DNA of 64,000 nucleotides, taken from NCBI GenBank assembly GCA_028711505.1, contig JAQTSC010000002.1, positions 11,936 to 75,935 on the forward strand. The letters are read 5' to 3'. The notes beneath the pieces were generated by a model. The model worked only from the letters and a program-made list of their open reading frames with translations, was not told where the DNA came from and searched no databases. The position numbers and the translations under genes were made by a program. Each line of letters starts with the position of its first letter. The stretch's first letter is position 1. Of the stretch, positions 50,229 to 59,890 are shown piece after piece. This DNA comes from Minisyncoccota bacterium. GTDB lineage: Bacteria; Patescibacteriota; Minisyncoccia; JAHISW01; Tagabacteraceae.

Positions 50229-51536
50229 TTATTCCAATTTATCCATCTCTTCCGCCAAAAGGATTTTGGCGTCGCGGATTGCCGAAGAAACATTTTTCTT
50301 TCCGCTCACCACCGAATCAACCATGTTTTTAAAAATCAAAGAAACTGCCGAAGGATCGGGTTCAAGCCACGACTTTGAACGTATGGCTGCTTTGTAAAAT
50401 GTTTCCATAAAAGGATTATCCTCAACTCCTTGTCCTGAACTTAAAAGGGCTCTTTTAACCGGAGGCAAATAAAGATTCTCTTCTATCATCTTTTGAACTT
50501 CGTCCGAGCTGAAAACCGAAGCCGCCAAAAAGGCCTTGGAAGCGTTTGCGGTCGATTTCGAAACCGCCATAACGTAAACACGGCCGAAAGTAGACTGGGT
50601 TGCCGAATCTTTGACCTGCGGGACTTGATAAACATCAAAATTCAGATGGGGGTTTTTACGGACAATTTCCCTCGCTTCGCTCGCGTATCCAAAATACACG
50701 GCAAGTTTTCCTGACACAAAAAAATCAATGTCCTCCGGCAGCGCCCTGTTCCATGAATAAGAAATCTTTGTCGGATTTGAAAAACTCGTGAAAAAATTCA
50801 AAGCGCTCGCCGCGGGGTCAACCGACGAGTCCCCTCTCTCTCCGAAAGAAAGCTTGTTTGTTTCCGGATCAATAATTTTATTCCCTGTCTGGAGAAGAAG
50901 GAGCGAAAAAACTTCTTTGGCGTTTTTTATGTTGGAAAATTCGCCCATTGCTCCGCCCGACTTCAAAATATTTCCCGACTCGTCTTTTTCCGTCATGGCT
51001 CGCGATTGATTTAAAAATCCGTCCCAGGTCGCCGACGGGTTCGCTATGGCGGCTTTTGAAAAAATATCTTTGTTCCAATACAAAACCAGGGGATCAACAC
51101 AAAAAGGCATTCCGGCAATGCCGTCTTTTTTCATAAAAAGAAATCCGCTGTCTACAAAAGTATCCCGAAACGTCCTTTCGCTTAAAGATTCATAGGGTAT
51201 AAAAAATGCCTTGCTTCCGTGCTTCAAAAGAAGGTCCTGAGGCAAAAACCATAAATCGGGGCCGGTGCCCGAAGCTATGGCATTAACAAGTTCGGTTTCG
51301 TAAGTGGCAGGGTCTTTTTCATAATATTTTATGGAAAAAGACTTTTGGTTCTCGGAATTGACCGCGTCAATTATCCTGCCCCACGAATCTTCGGAAAACA
51401 CTCCCCACATAGTAAGGTCTGCGGGGGGTTCCGAACTTTGGCCGGGAAGCCACGGTAAAATTCCCGACAAAACGAGAAAAGATAAAAGAACCAAAGCTCC
51501 TATTGCGCCGTAAAGCGCTATTTGAAATTTAGACAT
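50229..51536 (-). CDS. extracellular solute-binding protein (sugar-binding family 1-like)
   Basis: TM anchor; LTMWG; GTGPDL; LYWNKDIF; P.TWD; FVSGKLAV. Confidence 0.85.
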   Translation of the reverse strand: MSKFQIALYGAIGALVLLSFLVLSGILPWLPGQSSEPPADLTMWGVFSEDSWGRIIDAVNSENQKSFSIKYYEKDPATYETELVNAIASGTGPDLWFLPQDLLLKHGSKAFFIPYESLSERTFRDTFVDSGFLFMKKDGIAGMPFCVDPLVLYWNKDIFSKAAIANPSATWDGFLNQSRAMTEKDESGNILKSGGAMGEFSNIKNAKEVFSLLLLQTGNKIIDPETNKLSFGERGDSSVDPAASALNFFTSFSNPTKISYSWNRALPEDIDFFVSGKLAVYFGYASEAREIVRKNPHLNFDVYQVPQVKDSATQSTFGRVYVMAVSKSTANASKAFLAASVFSSDEVQKMIEENLYLPPVKRALLSSGQGVEDNPFMETFYKAAIRSKSWLEPDPSAVSLIFKNMVDSVVSGKKNVSSAIRDAKILLAEEMDKLE

Positions 51537-51541
51537 ATTTT

Positions 51542-52096
51542 TTAAAAAACTTTTTTGTAAACGCCGGTGTCGGGCTTTATAAACGCCATTCCGTAATGGC
51601 TGTCTCCGGCGTCAAAACTTTTTAGAAATTCAAAACCCGCTCCGGAAAAAAGCGCCCGCAAATCTTCTTCGCCGGTTCTCAGGCTTGGAGGAGGGCCAAT
51701 GCCGACAACAGACAATTTCCATTCCACTGCCGCTATTTTTCCTCCGGGACGCAAAATTCTAAACGCTTCTCTTATCGCCGCTCCCTTATCTTCCATCTGA
51801 AAAAGCGAATTGGAAATCAGCACAAAATCAACAAGAGAATCCGCGAGCCCTGTGCCTTTTTCTTTTTCCAAATCAACGCGGCTGAATTGCGCATTGGTAA
51901 TGCCTTCAACCAAAAGTTTGCTCTTTAACGCTTCAAGCACTTCTTTCTGTATGTCAAAAGTATAAACAATCCCGCTTCTTCCCACTCTTCTCGCCATCTC
52001 GCCCGTAAAATGGCCCGAGCCGCAACCAAAATCAGCAACCTTCATGCCGGGTCTCAAATCCAAATCAGCTATTATTTTCGCGGGATTCAAAAACAT
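51542..52096 (-). CDS. class I SAM-dependent methyltransferase
   Basis: VADFGCGSG; RILRPGG. Confidence 0.9.
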   Translation of the reverse strand: MFLNPAKIIADLDLRPGMKVADFGCGSGHFTGEMARRVGRSGIVYTFDIQKEVLEALKSKLLVEGITNAQFSRVDLEKEKGTGLADSLVDFVLISNSLFQMEDKGAAIREAFRILRPGGKIAAVEWKLSVVGIGPPPSLRTGEEDLRALFSGAGFEFLKSFDAGDSHYGMAFIKPDTGVYKKVF

Positions 52097-52174
52097 TTGT
52101 TTTCCTTTTTCTTAAATTCTAACACAAAAAAAGGGCGGAAAAACCGCCCGGGTGTGCATAAGAATTTAATTTTT

Positions 52175-54649
52175 CTAAAGGCAAGTTATTGATGCCAGCT
52201 TGTCCCCCTCTTTAAGGGTCATCACTTTCACCCCCTGAGTCTGCCTGCCGGAAACATGAATTTCCGAAAGATGAGTTTTGATTATCTGTCCTTTTTTGGA
52301 AATCGCGATAATTTCTTCAAGCTCCGGTTCAAGAACTTTCGCGGCTGAAAGCACTCCTGTTTTTGAAGTCACCTTCGCGGTTTTAATTCCGGAACCTCCC
52401 CTCTTCTGCAAACGGTATTCGCTCACTTTTGTTTTTTTGCCAAATCCTTTTTCGCTTAAGGTAAGAACATATGTGTCTTTTTCTTTGGAAGCTATCACGT
52501 CAGAACCCACAAGCTCGTCTCCCGCTTTAAGCCTGATGGCGCGCACTCCCGCCGCCTGCCTGCCCATCTGCCTGACATCGGATTCCTTAAATCTTATTGC
52601 CTGGCCTTTGGCGCTCACAAGAATCAAATGGTCTGATGAAGAAACAATCCGCGCCCATCCGAGCTCGTCTCCTTTTTGAAGCTTAATCGCGATAATTCCG
52701 CTCCTTCTTACGTCTTTAAACTGCGAAATCGGAACTTTTTTAACGACTCCTCTTCTCGTGACCATTGCCAGAAAAGTTTTATCCTCATTTCCGGTTTTCG
52801 GCATTACCAAAATGGAGGTTATTCGCTCTTCCGAACTCATTGAAATAAAGTTCATCGCCGATTTGCCTTTCGTGGCGCGCTTACCCTCCGGGAGCTCGTA
52901 CATTTTTATTTTATACGCCTTCCCTTTGTCGGTAAAAAACATTAAATCGTCGTGAGTATTCGCCTGAAGAAGAATGCGCACCGAATCTTCTTCCCTCGTT
53001 GTCAGATCAATAACTCCCTTGCCTCCTCTTTTTTGAACCTTGTACGATTCCGGTTTTGACCTTTTTATGTACCCCCCTTCCGTCAAAACGAGAGTCACGG
53101 TTTCTTCCGGAATTATGTCTTCCTCGGAAATATTTCCGACGGCGCGCTTCATTACCTTTGTCCGTCTTTCGTCTCCGTATTTTTCTTTTATATCAAGAAG
53201 TTCTTTTTTGACTGCGGCCATTATTTTCTTCGGGTCTTTTAAAAACGCTTCCAATTCTTTTATCAGTTTCTTTTTTTCCGCAAGCTCGTCTTCCACTTTC
53301 CGCCTTTCAAGAGCGGCAAGCGCCTGTAAGCGCATTTCCAAAATTGCCACCGCCTGCCTTTCGGACAGTTTGAAATTTTTCATTAATCTTACGCGAGCTT
53401 CGTCTTTATCCGAAGAACTTCTTATGGTTTTGATAATTTCATTTATATGATCAAGCGCTATTTTAAGCCCCTCCAAAATATGCGCGCGGTTTTTGGCGAC
53501 GTTCAAGTCAAATTTCGCGCGGCGTTCAATAACGACAAACCGATGCTCCAAAAATTTTTCCAGAATGGCCTTCAGCGAAAGCACCTGCGGCTGTATGCCG
53601 TCAACCAAAGCCAGCATATTGAAATGATACACTTTCTCCAGCTCGGTATGTTTATACAAAGCGTTAAGAATTTTTTGCGGGTTTGCCCCGTTTTTAAGGT
53701 CTATAACAATAGAAAGGCCCTCTTTGTCGGACTCGTCGCGCAGATCACGGATTCCTTCTATCTTTTTCTCCTGCACAAGGTCGGCAATTTTAGTGATGAG
53801 GTCCGCCTTGTTCACGGAATAAGGAATGGACGAAACCAATATCTGATACTGCCCTTCTTTCACTTCCGCTATTTCCGTTTCTCCCCTTGTCACCACTCCG
53901 CCGCGTCCGGTGGCATACGCCGCTTCAATATCTTTTTCATTAAAAATGATGCCGCCGGTGGGAAAATCCGGACCTTTTACGAATTGCATCAAATCTTCAA
54001 CTCCGGATTTAGGATTGTCTATGAGATGGGCCGCGGCCGAAATGAGTTCCGCGAGATTATGAGGAGGAATATTGGTGGCCATACCCACGGCGATTCCGAT
54101 AGTGCCGTTCATCAAAAGGTTCGGTATGGCCGCAGGAAGAACTTTAGGCTCTTTAAGCCTTCCGTCATAATTGGGAATAAAATCAATCGTTTCCTTTTCA
54201 ATATCTTTAAGCATTTCTCCGGCAATTTTAGTCATGCGGGCTTCGGTATAGCGATGAGCCGCCGGCGCGTCTCCGTCTATGGAACCCCAGTTGCCTTGGC
54301 CGTCAACAAGCGGATAACGCAAAGAAAAGTCCTGCGCCATTCTTGCCATGGTGTCGTAAATAGCCATATCGCCGTGAGGATGATATTTGCTCATGGTATC
54401 GCCCACAACCGTTGCCGATTTTTTGAAGCGGGCGGAACTTGAAAGCCCGTCTTCGTGCATTACAGTCAAAATTCTTCTCTGCACGGGCTTAAGCCCGTCA
54501 CGAACATCGGGAAGCGCGCGGCTCACGATAACGGACATCGCGTAGTCCAGATACGATTTTCTCATTTCCGCGCTGATATCCTGCTCAATGATTTTGGAAA
54601 TCGGTTTTTCTTCCTCCGCGTTCTTATTTTTTTCTTCTTTCGGTTTCAT
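52175..54649 (-). CDS. gyrA: DNA gyrase subunit A
   Basis: [13 protein letters not shown]; YHPHGD; RYTE; QKRGGKG GyrA box. Confidence 0.98.
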   Translation of the reverse strand: MKPKEEKNKNAEEEKPISKIIEQDISAEMRKSYLDYAMSVIVSRALPDVRDGLKPVQRRILTVMHEDGLSSSARFKKSATVVGDTMSKYHPHGDMAIYDTMARMAQDFSLRYPLVDGQGNWGSIDGDAPAAHRYTEARMTKIAGEMLKDIEKETIDFIPNYDGRLKEPKVLPAAIPNLLMNGTIGIAVGMATNIPPHNLAELISAAAHLIDNPKSGVEDLMQFVKGPDFPTGGIIFNEKDIEAAYATGRGGVVTRGETEIAEVKEGQYQILVSSIPYSVNKADLITKIADLVQEKKIEGIRDLRDESDKEGLSIVIDLKNGANPQKILNALYKHTELEKVYHFNMLALVDGIQPQVLSLKAILEKFLEHRFVVIERRAKFDLNVAKNRAHILEGLKIALDHINEIIKTIRSSSDKDEARVRLMKNFKLSERQAVAILEMRLQALAALERRKVEDELAEKKKLIKELEAFLKDPKKIMAAVKKELLDIKEKYGDERRTKVMKRAVGNISEEDIIPEETVTLVLTEGGYIKRSKPESYKVQKRGGKGVIDLTTREEDSVRILLQANTHDDLMFFTDKGKAYKIKMYELPEGKRATKGKSAMNFISMSSEERITSILVMPKTGNEDKTFLAMVTRRGVVKKVPISQFKDVRRSGIIAIKLQKGDELGWARIVSSSDHLILVSAKGQAIRFKESDVRQMGRQAAGVRAIRLKAGDELVGSDVIASKEKDTYVLTLSEKGFGKKTKVSEYRLQKRGGSGIKTAKVTSKTGVLSAAKVLEPELEEIIAISKKGQIIKTHLSEIHVSGRQTQGVKVMTLKEGDKLASITCL

Positions 54650-54703
54650 TTATTTATTTTTGGATGTCCGGCGAAACGAATTCTTGCCGGAACAATTTTA
54701 AAA

Positions 54704-54964
54704 TCACTCATCAAAAATATTCAGCTCTTTTATTCTTACCACGGTCTCTCCAATCATGTCTCCGACAACCGATATCGGACCTTTTTCCGAAAGAGCGCGG
54801 ACGTTGTCCGAATTTTCATCGGCAAACCTGCCCGGAATAAGTTCAACAAAAAGCCATAAAAAAATCACTATCGCCATGCATCCCAGCGTCAAAAAGAACG
54901 CCGTTATCTTTCTCTGACCTTCCGGCTTTTCTCTTGTTTTTTCAATCCAATCCAGAATCCTCAT
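54704..54964 (-). CDS. hypothetical single-TM protein
   Basis: REKPE...TM helix; co-oriented in the operon. Confidence 0.6.
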   Translation of the reverse strand: MRILDWIEKTREKPEGQRKITAFFLTLGCMAIVIFLWLFVELIPGRFADENSDNVRALSEKGPISVVGDMIGETVVRIKELNIFDE

Positions 54965-54972
54965 GCTTTCTT

Positions 54973-55632
54973 CTATAATATAGGCGATAAAACCACAACA
55001 TCGCTTTTATTCGCTTCTATGTCCTTTTTCTTGAAACTGAACTTTTCAACCGGCTTTGTATCGTCCTGCCCGATTTCTTTTAAAAATTCTTTAAGCTTTT
55101 TTTCGTCGGGCTTGAAATCTTTCGTTATATAATGCATCGGAATTATTATTTTAGGCTCTATCTGATTGATTATTTTTGAAGCGTTCTCCGCATCCAAAAC
55201 TTCGTCTCCGCCCACCGGAATAAAAAGAATATCCACATCTCCCAAAATCTCGGCAACCTCCGGCCTTAATTCTTTTTCATTGAAATCGCCGAGGTGGCAG
55301 ATATTAAGGTTCTCAAAAAGAACCGAAAAAATCGTGTTAAGCCCGTCTTTTTGCCCGTTTTCTTTATCATGAAAACTTTTTATTCCTCGGGCATAAATTC
55401 CCGCGATTTCGTATTCTCCGGGACCGGCGGCGACAAACGGTTTTTCTTTGCCTTCTTTTGCCGAGATATTTTCGGCGCCATTGTGATTGTCGTGGCCATG
55501 GCTGGCGAAAACTACATCCGCCTGGAAACGAGGCGACTTAAATCCCGACTTCTTTGAAGGCGGGTCAAAAACTAAAATCGTATCCCCTGATTGAACCTTA
55601 AAACAGGAGGCTCCGTAGTATGTGATAACCAT
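54973..55632 (-). CDS. MBL-fold metallo-hydrolase
   Basis: SHGHDNH; HLGD; IPVGG; IPMHY. Confidence 0.88.
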   Translation of the reverse strand: MVITYYGASCFKVQSGDTILVFDPPSKKSGFKSPRFQADVVFASHGHDNHNGAENISAKEGKEKPFVAAGPGEYEIAGIYARGIKSFHDKENGQKDGLNTIFSVLFENLNICHLGDFNEKELRPEVAEILGDVDILFIPVGGDEVLDAENASKIINQIEPKIIIPMHYITKDFKPDEKKLKEFLKEIGQDDTKPVEKFSFKKKDIEANKSDVVVLSPIL

Positions 55633-55732
55633 GTTTTATTAATTAAATTATAGAGGATTATCGCAAAAAATAAAAGGGCTAAAAAATGGAAAACTCTTGC
55701 AAAAAACCGGCGCAATTACTATACTATTCCTC

Positions 55733-56824
55733 ATGCTTACAGCAGAGAAAAACGTAATAAAAAAACAGGGAGGCTCAATGGATTTCCTTTCAAAAATCTT
55801 CCCTATGACCCCGCCGAAGAAAGGCGACCTCATTGAAGGAGAAGTTCTGAAAAAAAAGAAAGGGACGCTTTTTGTGGGTGTAAAGCCTTTCGGAACGGGG
55901 ATAATTTACGGCAGAGAATACAACAACGCGCGTGAAATTATAAAAGCGCTCAAGACAGGAGACAAAATAACGGCAAAAATTGTTGACGCCGAAAACGAAG
56001 ACGGCTATTTTGAACTTTCCTTAAAAGAAGCAGGACAGGAACTGGTATGGGTTGAAGCCGAAGAAGCAAGAGCCGGCCAGACGGTTTTTTCGTTGGCGCC
56101 GATAGAAGCCAACAAAGGGGGCCTTATTTTTGAATGGAAGGGTCTTCAGGGATTTCTCCCCGCTTCCCAGCTCAAAACCAGCCACTATCCTAGAGTCGAA
56201 GGCGGAGATAAAGATATGATTTTAGGAGAACTCAAAAAACTTATGGCCGAAAAACTCTCGGTCATAGTCATAGACGTAGACAAAAAAGAAAACAAACTCA
56301 TTTTTTCCGAAAAAGAAACCGAAGCGGGAAAAATGAAAGACGCCATAGCCAAATACAAAATCGGCGACGTGGTGGACGGAGAAATAACCGGCGTGGTTAA
56401 TTTCGGGATTTTTATAAAAATAGAAGACGGGCTTGAAGGGCTCGCTCATATTTCCGAACTTGACTGGGGTTTGGTTGAAGACCCGAACAAACTTTTTACA
56501 GTCGGACAAAAAATCAACGCGCAAATAATCTCCATAAAAGACGGCAAAATTTCACTTTCCGTAAAGGCGCTCAAATTCAACCCGTGGCAAGGCGCTAAAA
56601 ACAAATACAAAAAAGGTGACACCGTAAAGGGCGTCGTCATCAAATACAATAAATACGGAACTCTCGCGAGCATAGAAGAAGGAGTTGCCGGACTTATCCA
56701 TATTTCCGAATTCCCCTCGGAAGAAGAGATGAAAAACAAATTGGAGCTCGGAAAATCCTACGATTTCAAAATAAACCTTTTTGAACCGGACGAAGAACGG
56801 CTGATATTGTCATATCTGCAATAA
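55733..56824 (+). CDS. rpsA: 30S ribosomal protein S1 (four S1 domains)
   Basis: ANKGG; GFLPASQL; EGLAHISEL; GLIHISEF; TTGCAA-17-TATACT promoter upstream. Confidence 0.88.
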   Translation: MLTAEKNVIKKQGGSMDFLSKIFPMTPPKKGDLIEGEVLKKKKGTLFVGVKPFGTGIIYGREYNNAREIIKALKTGDKITAKIVDAENEDGYFELSLKEAGQELVWVEAEEARAGQTVFSLAPIEANKGGLIFEWKGLQGFLPASQLKTSHYPRVEGGDKDMILGELKKLMAEKLSVIVIDVDKKENKLIFSEKETEAGKMKDAIAKYKIGDVVDGEITGVVNFGIFIKIEDGLEGLAHISELDWGLVEDPNKLFTVGQKINAQIISIKDGKISLSVKALKFNPWQGAKNKYKKGDTVKGVVIKYNKYGTLASIEEGVAGLIHISEFPSEEEMKNKLELGKSYDFKINLFEPDEERLILSYLQ

Positions 56825-56881
56825 TCAAAGGAGGAAGATGTAATGTTCTTTATACATCGTATGCTTTTTGCGGATGACTAA

Positions 56882-56906
56882 GCCCCGCCACTTTTTGTGG
56901 CGGGGC
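56882..56906. terminator. hairpin between convergent rpsA and pth
   Basis: GCCCCGCCAC-TTTTT-GTGGCGGGGC. Confidence 0.7.
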
Positions 56907-56921
56907 GTTCTTTCAATGAAA

Positions 56922-57488
56922 TCAGACTTTTCTTTCTCCTGAAATAATCTTCTCTATTTCGCTTCCAGCCGCCTTAAAGACTTTTTTCAAAGCGGTTTTT
57001 TCGTCCGGCTTGAATTTAGCCATCAAAAAATTCAAAAGTTTTTCACCATCGGGCTTTTTTAGTTTTCCTTTGGAGCCGGCGGGAATTATGCCGATGCGAA
57101 CCCTCCAAAAATCTTTTGTTTTTACCTGACGCATTATTGATTCAACGCCCTTGTGCCCGCCGGAACCTTTCCCAAAAGAAATTTTGAATTTGCCAAAAGC
57201 AAGGTCAATGTCATCGTGAACAACAATCATCTGCTCCGCTTTCTTCTTCGAAGTAATGATTTTTTTTAGCGCCGAACCGGATTTATTCATAAAAGTTTCA
57301 GGAAGAAAAGCGGCGATTTTTTCCTTACCCGCTTTCCCTTCCGCGGAAAGCGAAAGATTTTTTTTATCTTCTTCAAAATCGGAAAAATCATTTACACGGC
57401 AAAATTCCATAACCGCCATCCTGCCGGTATTATGCCTTGTGCCTTCGTATTCCTCATCCGGGTTTCCCAAACCGACTAAATAAAACAT
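56922..57488 (-). CDS. pth: peptidyl-tRNA hydrolase
   Basis: VGLGNP; TRHN; FMNKSG; HDD; GGHKG. Confidence 0.96.
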   Translation of the reverse strand: MFYLVGLGNPDEEYEGTRHNTGRMAVMEFCRVNDFSDFEEDKKNLSLSAEGKAGKEKIAAFLPETFMNKSGSALKKIITSKKKAEQMIVVHDDIDLAFGKFKISFGKGSGGHKGVESIMRQVKTKDFWRVRIGIIPAGSKGKLKKPDGEKLLNFLMAKFKPDEKTALKKVFKAAGSEIEKIISGERKV

Positions 57489-57639
57489 ATGAATTATTTT
57501 AACTCGATTTTTCTAAAAATCAAAAAGGCTCCGCGGTTCTTCACGCGCGGCGCCTTTATTCCAAAAACGGCAGGCAAACAATCAAATAACGAACCCCTCA
57601 TCTTAAACCTCAAATTTTAAATCAAAATTTAGGATGAAG

Positions 57640-57672
57640 GGCGAGTCGCGCGTTTTTAAGGCGCGACTCGCC
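57640..57672 (-). terminator. GC-rich hairpin closing the two-gene island
   Basis: GGCGAGTCGCGC...GCGCGACTCGCC. Confidence 0.65.
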
Positions 57673-57681
57673 GTGAAAGAA

Positions 57682-58614
57682 CTATTTCCTTACTATTTGG
57701 AATTGACCGTCATAACCTTTGTGCGATACTACATCGCCGCCCAAAGGAGAAACAACGGCCAGAATTTTTCCAACCATCTCCACATCAGCAGGATTATCCT
57801 TCTGGCACGAACCGCCAACAAAGAGATAATCCCCGTAGACGCCCAGTTGCAACTTACGGTCGCTTCCACTTGCGCGAACATCCGCTACGGCGACCGCAAC
57901 CGCTTTTGACCACTCCAACCACTCTTTCGGCAAATCAATGACATAAATTCTACCACCAAAATAAAGGTTGGGGTGCGTTACCTTTACGGCGGCTTTAAGC
58001 GTTTCGCTCTCCTGATATTTTCGCTCTTGACGAAGGCGAGCAGATTCGTCAATCGCCTTTGCCAATTTTCGCAACCTTTCAACCTCCGGCAAAGGCATGT
58101 CTAATCCCCAGACATCCCCAAGATAATTATGGGAATTGTCTTGAGAAGTGACTCCTTCGTGACCAACAACCTTATCGGCCACTTTGCCAAAGAAAACATC
58201 TTCCCATCCTTCCGCAAAACGAAACCTGAAAGGCGAAGAAGATGTCCCTGTGGCTGAGGGGATGGATTGGATATTTACCCGACCGCTGTTTTTTAGACAA
58301 GCAGTCATGCCCTTTGCCCAGCGACCGCCGGACCCAATCCACGCGCCCGGAGCGACCGTTTTGATAATCAGGTCGCGGCCCCGTGTTTCAAGCCGGAACA
58401 CGCTTCCGGCAAAAAGACGGGGATTAGCCAAGATAAAATCAGCTAACTCCGCCGGGGTACAAGAATTTCTCTCACCCCACCCGAAAGCCCAAGACTTTCG
58501 GGTGGACGTACGGTCCATCCCGATTTTGACGTATTGCGCCTCATCGGGCTCATTGTCGCTACCCCAATGGCCGTGGGATGTAATCATAAACTTGCCATCC
58601 AATATCTTTTTCAT
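57682..58614 (-). CDS. hypothetical protein
   Basis: 310-aa ORF with GGGAG/GGAG RBS; no motif recognised. Confidence 0.75.
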   Translation of the reverse strand: MKKILDGKFMITSHGHWGSDNEPDEAQYVKIGMDRTSTRKSWAFGWGERNSCTPAELADFILANPRLFAGSVFRLETRGRDLIIKTVAPGAWIGSGGRWAKGMTACLKNSGRVNIQSIPSATGTSSSPFRFRFAEGWEDVFFGKVADKVVGHEGVTSQDNSHNYLGDVWGLDMPLPEVERLRKLAKAIDESARLRQERKYQESETLKAAVKVTHPNLYFGGRIYVIDLPKEWLEWSKAVAVAVADVRASGSDRKLQLGVYGDYLFVGGSCQKDNPADVEMVGKILAVVSPLGGDVVSHKGYDGQFQIVRK

Positions 58615-58782
58615 CTCCGTTCTCCCTTCATATCATATTCTATTTTTTTCCGCTTTTACGGTTTAACTCTCATTTAACGCTCTCAAAGAACTTTCCTCTT
58701 CTGAAGCCACCAAAACTTTGACGACTTCGGAAAAAGAGGAGAGATGTCGCTTACAAACGCGACAGAGCTCTCCTTGTCCAAT

Positions 58783-59079
58783 TTAGTGCTGTGCCACCAA
58801 AACCCGACCGCCGCGACCGTCATCGTACACCACGCGACGGAATTTATGGACCACTTGATGAAAAACAATCAGGTAAGCCCATACGGCCATGGGACCGGTG
58901 AGCACCACCTCGTCCCGCTGGTCAGCCGGAGTCGCTTCTACAATAGCGTTGGCATTGCGGCCAACGATATTGGAAGCTTCAAAAGGCTCTGTAATCAACG
59001 TCTGCCGACCGCCAACCTCCCCAATTTCGCAACCATTATACAGTTGCAGATTTTTTAAACTCAAATCAACGGTAATCAT
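58783..59079 (-). CDS. Csx3/Crn3-like protein
   Basis: VVLTG...VW......H...H......YD......VLVAQH spacing matches Csx3; GGAGG RBS. Confidence 0.6.
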   Translation of the reverse strand: MITVDLSLKNLQLYNGCEIGEVGGRQTLITEPFEASNIVGRNANAIVEATPADQRDEVVLTGPMAVWAYLIVFHQVVHKFRRVVYDDGRGGRVLVAQH

Positions 59080-59152
59080 TTCCTTCTCCTCCCTTTCTTT
59101 TTTTCCTTAAAAAAAGACTTAAGGTCTTGGTAGCTTTTCAAATTTTATTTTA

Positions 59153-59181
59153 ATTATACACCCAAAAGGATTATTTGTCAA
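59153..59181 (-). promoter_or_regulatory. consensus sigma70 promoter
   Basis: TTGACA-17nt-TATAAT upstream of the Csx3-like gene. Confidence 0.8.
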
Positions 59182-59278
59182 GGTCAAAAAGCGGCAAAAA
59201 GCGGTGAAAAATGGCTTAAAATAAGGTTGATTCTCTACCCCTTGATTTCCCTATTTTTTTGCTATATAATTTGCCTTA

Positions 59279-59869
59279 ATGGAGAACGAAAATAAAGAAA
59301 ACATAGAAAAAACACCGGAAAAACAGCCCGAAAGCACGGCCGGCTTTAGACGGTCTTTATGGGAATTTGTTAAGTTTTTCATCATTGCAGGCATAATTGT
59401 CGTGCCCTTAAGGCTTTGGATAGCCCAGCCGTTTATAGTAAGCGGTTCTTCAATGTACCCCAATTTTGAAAACGGAGAGTACCTTATAATAGACGAATTT
59501 TCATACAAATTTAAAGCGCCGCAAAGAGGAGAAGTTATCGTATTCCGCTACCCCGACGATCCGTCTAAATTTTTCATAAAAAGAATAGTCGGGCTCCCGG
59601 GGGAACGCGTTGAGATAAAAAACAATAGCATCTACGCGTACAACAATGAGTTCCCGGAAGGCATTATGCTTCAAGAATCATATCTTCCCGAAGAAATGCG
59701 GACCACGAATCTCACGATGCTTCTTTCAAACGACCAGTATTTCGTCATGGGCGACAATCGCGGGATGAGTTCCGATTCGCGCTCGTGGGGTCCTCTGAAA
59801 AAAGATTTGATAATCGGCCGCGCGTGGATACGTCTTTGGCCTTTTAACAAGGCAAGCATCTCTTTTTAA
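59279..59869 (+). CDS. lepB: signal peptidase I
   Basis: GSSMYP; FIKRIVGLPG; GDNR..SSDSR. Confidence 0.96.
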   Translation: MENENKENIEKTPEKQPESTAGFRRSLWEFVKFFIIAGIIVVPLRLWIAQPFIVSGSSMYPNFENGEYLIIDEFSYKFKAPQRGEVIVFRYPDDPSKFFIKRIVGLPGERVEIKNNSIYAYNNEFPEGIMLQESYLPEEMRTTNLTMLLSNDQYFVMGDNRGMSSDSRSWGPLKKDLIIGRAWIRLWPFNKASISF

Positions 59870-59890
59870 ATTTCTTTACTAAAATAAAAA

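Noticed and set aside
53447-54442. 331-aa antisense ORF and similar ones (43411-44085, 4229-4798, 9072-9611)
   Set aside because: Shadow frames of conserved genes with no motifs or start signals
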